Assembly: GCA_963837465.1 (NCBI GenBank) | Contig: CAWINB010000001.1 | Span: 629,646-693,645 of the forward strand | Source of the DNA: Candidatus Doudnabacteria bacterium | GTDB taxonomy: Bacteria; Patescibacteriota; Doudnabacteria; UBA920 | Direction: 5' to 3' | DNA: 64,000 nucleotides | Shown here: positions 20,716 through 30,307 of the stretch, piece by piece | Numbering within the stretch: position 1 is the first letter of the stretch | Layout of the letters: every line of letters starts with the position of its first letter | Notes under the pieces: generated by a model | Told to the model about the DNA's origin: nothing | What the model saw: the letters and a program-made list of their open reading frames with translations, nothing else | Database searches by the model: none | Program-made: the position numbers and the translations under genes

Positions 20716-23700
20716 CTACGGCACCTCGTCAATAGTCGGATACTGGCCGCCGCAGTAGAACTGCAGCACCGGGGTATTGCCAGTAACCACAATGCTACCG
20801 CTATTGGCGGACAGGGAGAAACTGTTCTGGAAGCGGGAACTGGTGGAGCAGGACCCGCCGGAAACCGCCAGCGTGGCATCGTAGGTTAAAAAGGATTTGC
20901 CGCCCTGGGCTACGGAGTAGCCGCTTAAGTTAACGCTTAGCGTCTGGTTGGGCGCGGTGCCGGTAAGGCTGTACTGGCCGCTGGCCGGATTGGATCCGAC
21001 TTGTATCAGGGCCGTGCCATTGTACTTGACGTTCCAGCCAGCGTTCGGCACGCTTAAGTTAAGCATGCTGTCGGTCAGGCTTAATTTGGTGGCGGTGGCC
21101 TGTCCCTGGTCATTGCATAAATCAATCCTAAAGCTTAACGTGTCTCCCAAATTTAAGTTTGTTCCCGAAGGCAGGGCCGCAAAGCCGTTACACTGGCTGG
21201 GAACCGGGCTGATGGCGTTGCCGCTGATGGCCACAATGTTTTTTGAGGAATCCGTCATAACGGCGGTACAGGCAACCGAAGAGTAAGGGTTGCCGGTTTC
21301 GGCAACCTGGGCCGAAGTACCGTTGCCATTGGTGGCGGCCACGCTGTAGCTGTGGGGGTTGTTGTCAGGCGGGGTGAAGTTGTAAGTTAAGACCTCGCCT
21401 GTCTGGGAAGGCGGAGAACTGGCCGGGACGGTTGTCTGATAAACTCCGTCCATATATATCTTAAAGCCGGTCTCGTTGGTGGAATTATCCGTCCAGGTAA
21501 TCTGGACCTGGCCGCAGGACACGGTACCGCCCGGAGGATTACTGCTGCCGCTGTTGTAGACGCTGCCGCCGGTGGGAGCGGTCGGGCTTTGAGCCACATT
21601 ATTAACCGTTATGTTGGTGTTAAGGGAGTATTGGTTGCCTAAACTGTCAAAGGCTGTAATGGTGATGGTGTGCGGGCCGTTGACCAGAGTCGTGGTGTCA
21701 AAATTGCCGTAAATAAAACCGCAGTTGGAGGAACAGCCCGAAGCCGAATCATTAACCGGATAAAAGGATGGGCTGATGGCGGAATCGGATATTAAGGTAG
21801 AACTGCTGGCTATCCACAGCTGGGCTCTGGTTATGGAAGCGCTGGCCGAAGGCGCTATATAACCTTTAATGTTAATAAGGCCGGAAACCGTGCTGTTGGC
21901 CGCTGGCGTTTCCAAAACTATGTTCGGCGGGCCGTCCACGGTCCAGGTGCCCGTTTGCTGCCAGCCGCTGCCTGCCGTGGCATCGTTGGCGGTCATCCAA
22001 AACTGCTGGGGGCCGACAAACGGCGACAAAAAAGTGTAATTTAAAATTAAAGTAAGATTGCTGCCCGACCTGGAAACGCTGGAGGCGGAAACGTTGGCCG
22101 TACACTGGCTGTTGCTTAAGCTTGCGCCGCTGCCAATGACACTGCCCGTGCTCCAGGCGCTGCCGGAATCATTGAGTAAAAATAGGGAATTAGTGGCGGA
22201 ATCGTAACGCAAATAACAGGCATTGTTGGTGGGATTGGCGGCATAGCTGGACCTTAAAAAGGTCCAAACCTGGGTAATGTCCCCTGCCCCGGCCGTATCG
22301 GTATAGACCTGGGTAAAGCTGGTGCTGCTGGCGACTTCGGAACTGCCGGAAGAAGGAGTTAAAGACGCGGCCGTAATAGTATTAATGACCAGAGAGCTGC
22401 TGACAGGACCGCTGGCCGAACTACAGTTTAAGGTGTAGGTGGTTTGGGCGGCTATGGGCGCGGTGGTATGGCTGGTGGTGGCAATGGCATCGGCCACGCT
22501 GTCGGGATTCTGGTTGTTGGATAACGAGCAGGAACTGACATTAGCGGTAGTCCAAGTCAGGTTGGATGTGCCGCCAAAACTGACCATAACCGAGCTGGCA
22601 GTGGGGGTAACTCCGCCTGTGTTGGTGCCGTACAGCACGGCTGTGGGGATTGTGGAAGAAGCTGTCTGGCTCCAGTTTAAGTAGGCTTGGTCGCCGCCGC
22701 CATCCTGGAAGTATTCATACTTGATGATGTGCTGGCCCGCTCCCAGGCTTACGCTGGCGGTGTTGGTGGCATAGCCCCGCGGATTCCAGTCGCCGGTTAT
22801 GTGGAGGCCATCCACGTAAAGATTGTCGCCATCGTCTGAGCCGGCGGTAAACTGGTAGGTGCCGCCGCTAAAGTTAAAGGTGCCCTGCCAGCGGGCGGAC
22901 CAATTGTCATCCAGGGTCGGATAACTGCCGTTGGAAGTAGCAGGCCCGCCAGCATTCCAGTTTGTGTTAATGGCGGTAAAATTGTCGGCATTGCCGGAAG
23001 CCGTGGCTTGGGCCGGGGCATTGCCGTACTGATTGGTCAAAGTACTGCCATCGGAGTCGTTGTACAAACAGCCAACCAGCTGGTTGGCGCCAGGTCCGGG
23101 CGTGGTGCAGGGAAAGGTGGTGGCCGTGTTATATATAGTTAACTGACTGTATATTTCTGGGGCTGTATAATTAAGATTAGAGCAACCCAGGGTATATACC
23201 GTCGGGCTGTTGTCTATAGGTTGCGTGTCATAGCTCGTATAAACCTGTAGGTTGCCGTAGGGGTCCTGATCTCCATGGTCGCTAGTAAGATTACATAAAC
23301 CATAGCCACTGGGAATGTCCCAGGTCAAAGTTGATGTTCCGCCATAATTAACGGTTACCGAGCCCGCGGTGGGAGTATTACTGCCTGAGTTGGTGCCGTA
23401 AAGAGTTACAACGCCTGCGCACTGATAATTGCAAGTTGAACTAGTATCGCAATGGCCGGGACCGCCATAACCTGTACAGCTATTGTCTGCGCTGCAACTG
23501 CCACTGTTGCAGGAGTAATAGGTGGTGCCACCGTTGTTGCCGCTTCCACAGACATTACTGCAAGTTGAACTAGTATCGCAACTACCGGGACCGCCATAAC
23601 CGTTACAGCTATTGTCTGCGCTGCAACTGCCACTGTTGCAGGAGTAATAGGTGGTGCCGCTGCCACTGCCGTTGCCACTGCTTCCAGATGAGCAATCAAC

Positions 23701-24048
23701 AGGAAAGTCAAAAGTCCACCCTTGAGTTATAACGAAACTGCAAGGATTAGGTGTAGGAAGTGCAACGCATTGATTCGAACTACATTCTGCTTGTGTTAAA
23801 TACCCAAGATATGTTATGGGAGGATTACATTCCTCCACAATCCCGCAATGACCATTTATATTATAAAAACCGCCATAGCCTACTGATGAGCAAGTCGCCG
23901 AGACGGCGGGAACGCAACTACCTGCCAAATAGGAACAGTCAGAACCAGAAGTACAATACTGCGCCTTTGCATAATCCCCACACATAAAGACAAACGCAAT
24001 CGCGAGGATGGTTAAAAAAAATAAACCGCCTTTAAATAAAAATTTCAT
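20716..24048 (-). CDS. Large secreted surface protein: Cys-rich repeats, PA14 domain, Ig/FN3-like domains
   Basis: Signal peptide; WSARWQG...YQFTAGSDDG...YEYFQDGG (PA14-like); WTDNSTNETGFKIY (FN3-like); Ser/Thr-rich. Confidence 0.75.
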   Translation of the reverse strand: MKFLFKGGLFFLTILAIAFVFMCGDYAKAQYCTSGSDCSYLAGSCVPAVSATCSSVGYGGFYNINGHCGIVEECNPPITYLGYLTQAECSSNQCVALPTPNPCSFVITQGWTFDFPVDCSSGSSGNGSGSGTTYYSCNSGSCSADNSCNGYGGPGSCDTSSTCSNVCGSGNNGGTTYYSCNSGSCSADNSCTGYGGPGHCDTSSTCNYQCAGVVTLYGTNSGSNTPTAGSVTVNYGGTSTLTWDIPSGYGLCNLTSDHGDQDPYGNLQVYTSYDTQPIDNSPTVYTLGCSNLNYTAPEIYSQLTIYNTATTFPCTTPGPGANQLVGCLYNDSDGSTLTNQYGNAPAQATASGNADNFTAINTNWNAGGPATSNGSYPTLDDNWSARWQGTFNFSGGTYQFTAGSDDGDNLYVDGLHITGDWNPRGYATNTASVSLGAGQHIIKYEYFQDGGGDQAYLNWSQTASSTIPTAVLYGTNTGGVTPTASSVMVSFGGTSNLTWTTANVSSCSLSNNQNPDSVADAIATTSHTTAPIAAQTTYTLNCSSASGPVSSSLVINTITAASLTPSSGSSEVASSTSFTQVYTDTAGAGDITQVWTFLRSSYAANPTNNACYLRYDSATNSLFLLNDSGSAWSTGSVIGSGASLSNSQCTANVSASSVSRSGSNLTLILNYTFLSPFVGPQQFWMTANDATAGSGWQQTGTWTVDGPPNIVLETPAANSTVSGLINIKGYIAPSASASITRAQLWIASSSTLISDSAISPSFYPVNDSASGCSSNCGFIYGNFDTTTLVNGPHTITITAFDSLGNQYSLNTNITVNNVAQSPTAPTGGSVYNSGSSNPPGGTVSCGQVQITWTDNSTNETGFKIYMDGVYQTTVPASSPPSQTGEVLTYNFTPPDNNPHSYSVAATNGNGTSAQVAETGNPYSSVACTAVMTDSSKNIVAISGNAISPVPSQCNGFAALPSGTNLNLGDTLSFRIDLCNDQGQATATKLSLTDSMLNLSVPNAGWNVKYNGTALIQVGSNPASGQYSLTGTAPNQTLSVNLSGYSVAQGGKSFLTYDATLAVSGGSCSTSSRFQNSFSLSANSGSIVVTGNTPVLQFYCGGQYPTIDEVP
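23430..23658. repeat. Near-identical 100-bp tandem duplication (period 129) encoding a Cys-rich module
   Basis: 23430-23529 vs 23559-23658; GTTYYSCNSGSCSADNSCxGYGGPGxCDTSSTC twice. Confidence 0.9.
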
Positions 24049-24674
24049 GGCTGTGGTTGAGACATAGTTACTGTTATAACAGTACCGGAAGTCTGCTGTG
24101 AATTGCCAGCAGTTAATATCTCTATAAAATCCTTATTGGTTTTTGTATTGAGAGCGGCCAACTGAGTGGAACTGTTGAATTGCCCGGGCAACAATGCCCA
24201 ATTATTTGCCAGGAAATAGTTCTTATAGACCGCAAGAACACTGCTGACTGAACTGGAGCTCACAAACTGGAATGTTGACTGCTTTGTCCAAGAAGCGCCA
24301 TTGCCGGGCATCTTAACAAGCATAGACATACTCTGTGTAATCTGATGGGAGGCGGACAATACCGGAAAACCAACCGGAAAAGACGGCGGCAAGGTATTGT
24401 TGCTGTATGCCTGAAAATTAGAAATGGGAATACTGGTGGCAACAGTGGAAGAATGATTGTTTTGAGTTTGGTTTTTTGGAGCAGACGTAACCAAAGGCTT
24501 TACCGGTTTTTGCTTATTAAAAAATGTAAAACCGTACCATCCAAGCGCAAGAATAACTACCAAGATACCCACAGCCCAAAGCCAAACTTTCGGCTTTTTT
24601 GAATTAGTTGGAGGAAGCGGAGTTACAAGCTGTTGGCCAATCTCGGCAGGTTGAGAATTTAACTGTTCGTTCAT
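24045..24674 (-). CDS. Single-TM hypothetical protein, probable paralog of 27093-27611
   Basis: Shared FPxxFP...VYxxYFxxNxW pattern. Confidence 0.65.
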   Translation of the reverse strand: MNEQLNSQPAEIGQQLVTPLPPTNSKKPKVWLWAVGILVVILALGWYGFTFFNKQKPVKPLVTSAPKNQTQNNHSSTVATSIPISNFQAYSNNTLPPSFPVGFPVLSASHQITQSMSMLVKMPGNGASWTKQSTFQFVSSSSVSSVLAVYKNYFLANNWALLPGQFNSSTQLAALNTKTNKDFIEILTAGNSQQTSGTVITVTMSQPQP

Positions 24675-24904
24675 ATTTTATAGGGCTTGAGGTAAATTTT
24701 TATAGATACTTTTGGTTTCTTAACCTAAATATAGGTAATGGGATTGCCACGACATTATATATAAAATAATAGCATTAAATAAAAATAAGTCAAAATGGAT
24801 GTCAAAATGTTTAAAAATGCCTACTTATACAAAATGAAACCGCCGACCCATACCCTGCTAGTGGGGTACGTTTCGACGGTTTCGAGGTGTAAAGAGAAGA
24901 AGGG

Positions 24905-25702
24905 CTACTGTTGAGATGGTACGACAAACTGCTTACTGGCGGAGGCCAGCCCATCGTAGTCCACCAGAACGACCTGACGCAGGGGGGATGAGCTCGAGAT
25001 GTCCGGCAGCGGCAGCGTGATGTGCTGCCCGTCCAAACAGTTAGCGGAAGTCAACGTCCCTTGGTTAGGCGGGAGCCCGATAAAAACATTGACGGGAGCG
25101 CCAGTACGACAAACGCCGTTAATTTGGATGGCAAGGGGAGAATTTTCGGTTAATACTTCAACCGAGTTGATCCTGACATCCAGGTTCGGCTTGACGAAAC
25201 CCGCGGGTACGAAACCCACGGTAACACTAAACGTCGTGGGCAGTTCCTGTAGCGAGATACCGGTGTCCTTGACCGGGTTTCCCTGACCATCCGTAACGGT
25301 TACCGTAAAGTCGTAGCGACCAGCCGGCTGTCCGGCGGGAACCACCTTGACGTAAATAGTAGTCGGGCCCGTCCCGAAGGACGTGCCAGTTCCAGGATAG
25401 CTAACCGTAGTTGCAGTTCCAGTAAGACTAACGAAAGTCTCCTGGATGTTATACTGCAACCCTGTCTGGTTAGCAAACCCTTGAATCAGAAATGCTCCGC
25501 CTGGATTAACGCTGTCGGATGCCGGCCACACGAGGGCCGGCTGATTGACTGCCGTGACAATGGCGGTGGATACCGGCAAAAGCTTGCCGGTATAGATGTC
25601 ACCAATGACTTGGCCGTTGGTGACTTTTAGAACTTGGCCGTTCGCAACGATCGCGAGGGCCAGAAAAAACAGCAAAAACATTTTCGTTTTCATCGTTTTC
25701 AT
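24905..25702 (-). CDS. Secreted hypothetical protein (beta-rich)
   Basis: Signal peptide MKTKMFLLFFLALAIVANG; 265-aa ORF. Confidence 0.65.
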   Translation of the reverse strand: MKTMKTKMFLLFFLALAIVANGQVLKVTNGQVIGDIYTGKLLPVSTAIVTAVNQPALVWPASDSVNPGGAFLIQGFANQTGLQYNIQETFVSLTGTATTVSYPGTGTSFGTGPTTIYVKVVPAGQPAGRYDFTVTVTDGQGNPVKDTGISLQELPTTFSVTVGFVPAGFVKPNLDVRINSVEVLTENSPLAIQINGVCRTGAPVNVFIGLPPNQGTLTSANCLDGQHITLPLPDISSSSPLRQVVLVDYDGLASASKQFVVPSQQ

Positions 25703-26161
25703 CCTTGATCTGAGATTAACAGAGCCTAGTCCAGGGTCAATTTTGTCCCCGAATAATTGAATGCAAATCGTTATAAAAAAATTACGACGTTACAAAATTA
25801 CATTCAAATCTTCGGGGACAAACCCTAATTTCTTCTTTAAAAATTATGCCTCCTACGGGCTTGGAAAAGAACTAATTTACTTTACTGCGTCGGACTTTTT
25901 ATACAGATTATAATTTATCAAACGCATGGCGCGGAGTCTAAAAAATTCACCTGGCTTTAGGCCGCCTTGCTATGAGTTTAATTTTTTATATTTGTCGTAA
26001 TACTAACCTCCAACTATACTACTATTTTTTCTTTTTGTCAATATAACCCACTCAAATATCGGCAAATAACGCTTATATAAAAGCGTTATTATGTGCTTAA
26101 TTTATTTTAGTATACACTAAATTAATACCTTTTGAAAAGAAAAAGAGAAAAGAAAAAGGGG

Positions 26162-26836
26162 TCAGGAGCTGTTTTTAGGACGCCCTGGTTTTCGCAAAGA
26201 AGATTTCAAACCTAGATCGCTTGCGGTTTTGTGTACCCATTGCTCATTTCCTAAAGGACGATTTTTAATTATTGACCGTCTTATGTTTTCAACTTCTGTT
26301 TTGGACTGAACTGAATTGACCAACAATAAATAATCCTTACCAGGTGGTATCGGCCAAGAACTCAATAACTGCTTCTGTTCTTCATCTCCTTGTTCCCTAA
26401 TCCACAAGCTCCCCCACTGCCAATCTTGGGCTTTGTCCACTAACTTTGCCCTAAGGGGGTTCCTTTCCACATATCTGGTTAATTGCAAAAAATATTCATC
26501 AGACTCAACCGGGAAAGATTTATATCTGCCTTGATACAAATGGCCGCTGCCTACGGTATGGTGTGCCGCATGCCATCTCTGGGCATGTGTCATGGTCAAC
26601 CAGGCCATAGCCTTTGACAAGACACCATTTTGGAAAGGCTTTAAAATTAAATGCCAATGATTTGGCATAATACAAAAAGCCAAAAGCTCTACCGGAAACT
26701 TTTTCTTTGCTTCCGTTAGGACTTCTATAAAAGCTTGATAATCCTTTTCTCTACGAAAAATGGCCAGCCGACCATTGGCACGATTAATCGTGTGATAAAT
26801 AATGTCAGCAACGTCTACTCTGGGAGGCCTAGGCAT
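26162..26836 (-). CDS. REP-associated tyrosine transposase (RAYT) flanked by a 17-bp inverted repeat
   Basis: MPRPPR, YHTINRAN, FCIMPNHWHL, GHLYQGRYKSF, YVERNPLRA; IR AAAAGGGGTCAGGAGCT at 26154-26170 and 26925-26941. Confidence 0.92.
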   Translation of the reverse strand: MPRPPRVDVADIIYHTINRANGRLAIFRREKDYQAFIEVLTEAKKKFPVELLAFCIMPNHWHLILKPFQNGVLSKAMAWLTMTHAQRWHAAHHTVGSGHLYQGRYKSFPVESDEYFLQLTRYVERNPLRAKLVDKAQDWQWGSLWIREQGDEEQKQLLSSWPIPPGKDYLLLVNSVQSKTEVENIRRSIIKNRPLGNEQWVHKTASDLGLKSSLRKPGRPKNSS

Positions 26837-27092
26837 GCCTTTATAGTTTTAATGGTTCCATTAAAACTATAAAGGCATGCTGATGAAAATTATTTAAAAA
26901 ATAATTAAAAACTTTATACATAATAGCTCCTGACCCCTTTTCTGCCTCGCGGCGGCCAAGACTATTCTTTTAAAAGATCTGCCCCAAGCGCATCTTTGAA
27001 CTTTAAGGAGTGCGCTTTTGAATTTTTCCTAACAAAAAACTCCCCATTTTTTAATGGAGAGTTTTTATACATCAAAATTAAACTGAAAAAAT

Positions 27093-27611
27093 TTATTTGG
27101 CGGCAGATGGCTCGGTCAGTGAAGTTACCACGATGTTGCTTTTTACGGAGGCGTCGTAGCTGATGACTATGTCTATTTGCTGGGTGTTTTTGGAAGCGGA
27201 AATGCCGGTTAGAGTTGGCGTGTCGGTGGTGCTTAAAATTTTCCAGCCGTTTTTGGCAAAGTAAGTTTGATAAACCTTAAGCGCGGCGGGCAAAGTTTTG
27301 GCCGTGGTGACGGTGCGCAAAGTCTGGGTCTGATTTGTGGCCGTAACAGTCACCTGGCTTGCGTGGACCACCTGGCTACCGGCTTCACTGGGAAAATTGG
27401 AGGGGAAATCGGAGTTGGACTTGGCGGCCGTAAGCTGGCTTACGGTTATGGGCGGAATTCCATACTTGGGCATGACAGCAGCGGAAACTTTGGGGCTGGC
27501 GCTTGACGGAGCCTGGACTTTACGGCCATGAGTCGCTATTACAATCACGACAATGGCCAGAACAATGACAATTACAGCCAAAATCAATATATTTTGTTGT
27601 TTGGGTTTCAT
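27093..27611 (-). CDS. Single-TM hypothetical protein
   Basis: N-terminal TM helix; FPSNFP...VYQTYFAKNGW. Confidence 0.65.
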   Translation of the reverse strand: MKPKQQNILILAVIVIVLAIVVIVIATHGRKVQAPSSASPKVSAAVMPKYGIPPITVSQLTAAKSNSDFPSNFPSEAGSQVVHASQVTVTATNQTQTLRTVTTAKTLPAALKVYQTYFAKNGWKILSTTDTPTLTGISASKNTQQIDIVISYDASVKSNIVVTSLTEPSAAK

Positions 27612-27623
27612 AAGGGTTTTTGT

Positions 27624-27785
27624 GAACCTGTCTGAAAATTAGCTTTTAAGGGGAAACTGCGGAATTTTGAACGTATTGGTTCTTAACAAATTTTAACGTT
27701 TAGCCAAAGCTAAAGGGAAAAATTTTTAAGACCAAGGCGCCAAAATTACGCAATTTACGCCAAAACGGAATTTTAAAACAGGCTC
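27624..27785. repeat. ~160-bp palindromic MITE-like repeat, copy 2
   Basis: GAACCTGTCT...AAACAGGCTC; core AACAAATTTTAACGTTTAGCCAAAGCTAAAGGGAAAAATTTTT. Confidence 0.7.
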
Positions 27786-27883
27786 TATTATCTTTAAAAA
27801 TAGTCTACCATAAGTTAACCAAAAAACAAAATCCCCCGCTTTACCTTTTGGATAAAACAGGGGGTTGGTCCGGCCGGCGCCAG

Positions 27884-29194
27884 TTACCCTCCCCACCACA
27901 GCATAACGGCCAAAATTATCACAAAACTGCAGTTGGCAATTAAAGGCAGATGCTGGACGTGGCGTTTAATGCCAATGGCCAAAATTAAACTGACCAGCAT
28001 AGCCGCGATAAATAAAAGATAGAAACGGTACTCAAAAGCGTTGGGGTCAAAACGCGGGCCGAAAAAACTGACATAGGAAGAAGGCGCGGCCGGGGCCACG
28101 CTGGCCACATTATAGTTGGACGCGGTGGTGGGCGCGAAATCCGCCAACCGCAACTGGCTGGTTTGCCCGTCTATATTAAAAGCTTCCACTTTAACCGTGA
28201 CGCTGCTTTGCGTAAGCTCGGAAGCGGCCACGCTGCCGCTCCACTGGGTTTGGCTTTGCGGCAGGAGCATTATGGCCTGCTGGCCGAAGTAGGCAATAAC
28301 TTTTACGGCCGGCCCCTTTATCCGCGCGGTGATATCCACATTGGATCCGTCCAAATTTATGCTGCCGCTTTGCACGCTGACATTCATGGCGGCGGGCGTG
28401 GCGGCCTTGGGCTTAGCGGCGGCCGGAGCGGCGGAACTGGCGCCGCGGATTTGTCCCACTGCCGGAGTAACGCTTTGAGTTTGAACGCTGACAGCGGGCG
28501 CCGGAACCGCGGCTGTCTGCACCGGCGTCGGCTGGTTATTTATGGCCACGGCCTGGGCCGCGGGCGTGCCGAATTCCTGGACTACAAAAATGGCATTATG
28601 GCCCTGGTAGACCCCCTGGGAAATGCCCACGCCAATATCCTGAAAGTCCGCGTTTAAAATATTGGCGCGGTGGTCGGGACTGTTCATCCAGGCGGTTTCC
28701 ACATCTTCGGCTTCGGTAAAATTGACAGCCAGATTTTCGCCGGCCATCAAATAATTATAACCGGCGGCGGTAACAAAACTCCACGGCGTCCGTCCGTCCG
28801 GAGTAACGTGGGCAAAGTAACCCTTGGCCAGCATATCATTGGCCTTGGCCTGGGCGGCCTGGTCCAGCTCGCTGTTTTCCGTCAGTGACTGTTCGTTGTA
28901 CTGTTGGCGTGAGGCGTTGGTAAGGCTGATAATATTAACCGGGGTAATGGCCGAGGAAAAAGCCGGCTGGATGGCGCCAAAAGCCAGAACAGCCAGAACA
29001 AAAATTTTCATGGCCACCAGCACGGCCGAAAATAAACCCAAAGCCCGGTGGCCGAGGACGTGGGGATGGTAGTTGTTGCGGGCATTGGGAATAAAATGGT
29101 CGTGGATATGGCGGCCCAAAGCCAAAACCGACTCGCCTGCTTTTTTAAAGCAGTAGTCGGCCGGCAAAATCATTATGTCCAAAACATAATCCAT
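27884..29194 (-). CDS. CAP (SCP/cysteine-rich secretory) domain membrane protein
   Basis: LTNASR, AAQAKANDM, YFAH, AGENLA, WMNSPDHRANIL, VVQEFG. Confidence 0.9.
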   Translation of the reverse strand: MDYVLDIMILPADYCFKKAGESVLALGRHIHDHFIPNARNNYHPHVLGHRALGLFSAVLVAMKIFVLAVLAFGAIQPAFSSAITPVNIISLTNASRQQYNEQSLTENSELDQAAQAKANDMLAKGYFAHVTPDGRTPWSFVTAAGYNYLMAGENLAVNFTEAEDVETAWMNSPDHRANILNADFQDIGVGISQGVYQGHNAIFVVQEFGTPAAQAVAINNQPTPVQTAAVPAPAVSVQTQSVTPAVGQIRGASSAAPAAAKPKAATPAAMNVSVQSGSINLDGSNVDITARIKGPAVKVIAYFGQQAIMLLPQSQTQWSGSVAASELTQSSVTVKVEAFNIDGQTSQLRLADFAPTTASNYNVASVAPAAPSSYVSFFGPRFDPNAFEYRFYLLFIAAMLVSLILAIGIKRHVQHLPLIANCSFVIILAVMLWWGG

Positions 29195-29401
29195 TTTTGT
29201 TTTTGTCTGTTTTAGCCGCCAAAACTTACAAACGCGAAACCCTCAAAAATATACAATAAAATCAGCAAAATAATTGCTAATTTTAAGTTTGGGTGGTTGA
29301 ATTTTTATTTTTGTTTCTAAAAATTAAAATTTCCCAATGATTTTGTCAGGAAATTTTATTTATCCATAGTTATTATAGCACAGCCGCGGAAAAAAATCAA
29401 G

Positions 29402-29812
29402 TTAAAAATTTGGCAGCTCCTGCCAGGAAATTAAGGATGAATCCGAAGCGGTAATTACCATCTGTAAATTGGTCGCGGCGCGGGCGTATTGAGCCTGGAC
29501 CTGGATGGTAATCTGACCCGGCTGCGGCGAGTCTTGTTGTACCGACAAAATAGCGCACGAATCACTGCCGATGCTGACGGAACCGGTTAGGCTGCCGCCG
29601 GCTCCTTGCGCCAAACGGACGCGGGCCTCGTCCAGGCAACCGCGCGCCAGATTAAAACTTTGGGTCTTGGCCTGGCCATCCAGCAAATCAAAACGCGAAA
29701 AAAACACCAGCGCGCTGACTGAAGCGGCAATTACCACAAGCAGCGCGCAAATAACCAGCGCGGATATCAAGGCCATAAAACCGGATTGGGAATTACTTTT
29801 GCTGGAACTCAT
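29402..29812 (-). CDS. PilX-like minor pilin
   Basis: QSG|FMALISAL prepilin-like cleavage site; C-terminal SWQE. Confidence 0.7.
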   Translation of the reverse strand: MSSSKSNSQSGFMALISALVICALLVVIAASVSALVFFSRFDLLDGQAKTQSFNLARGCLDEARVRLAQGAGGSLTGSVSIGSDSCAILSVQQDSPQPGQITIQVQAQYARAATNLQMVITASDSSLISWQELPNF

Positions 29813-29818
29813 TTTAAA

Positions 29819-30307
29819 TTATTTCCATAAATAATCCGTGGCCGTAAAATCCCGGCTCAAAGTTAAACCGCCGGCCGCCGCCGACTTTAGGGTAAAGCCA
29901 AAATCCACGCCCCCGGGCCGGCCGGCCGAAGCGGGAATATCCAAAAAATACAGGCTGGAAACAATAACACTGCTGCTGTTTAAAACTTCCGGCGGAGCAG
30001 CGCCTTCCGCCAGGCTTAAGCTGGCGCCTGTTAAATCAAACACCAGGGGATTTGAAGCAGAATCATATTTGCCGATGGACAGCCGGGATGAAGTCGCGGT
30101 AACGGAAAACGCGCCGGACATTGCCCAGTTAAATTTGGCCAGAATAAAATCCCCTTCTTCCTGCAAAAAACTTTGGCTTTGCGAGCGGCCGGAACTTTGA
30201 ATGATAACTCCCGCCGCTCCGAAAGCGCCGCCTAAAATTACGGCGAAAAGCGCCAGGTAAATTAAAACTTCCATGAGCGTGAATCCTGAAATATTTTTAT
30301 AATTCAT
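29819..30307 (-). CDS. Prepilin-type N-terminal methylation protein (minor pilin)
   Basis: G|FTLMEVLIYLALF. Confidence 0.85.
   Translation of the reverse strand: MNYKNISGFTLMEVLIYLALFAVILGGAFGAAGVIIQSSGRSQSQSFLQEEGDFILAKFNWAMSGAFSVTATSSRLSIGKYDSASNPLVFDLTGASLSLAEGAAPPEVLNSSSVIVSSLYFLDIPASAGRPGGVDFGFTLKSAAAGGLTLSRDFTATDYLWK

Noticed and set aside
23430-23658. Tandem repeat as a second TR/VR pair
   Set aside because: Both copies are in frame within one gene and the few differences are not confined to adenines of one copy.
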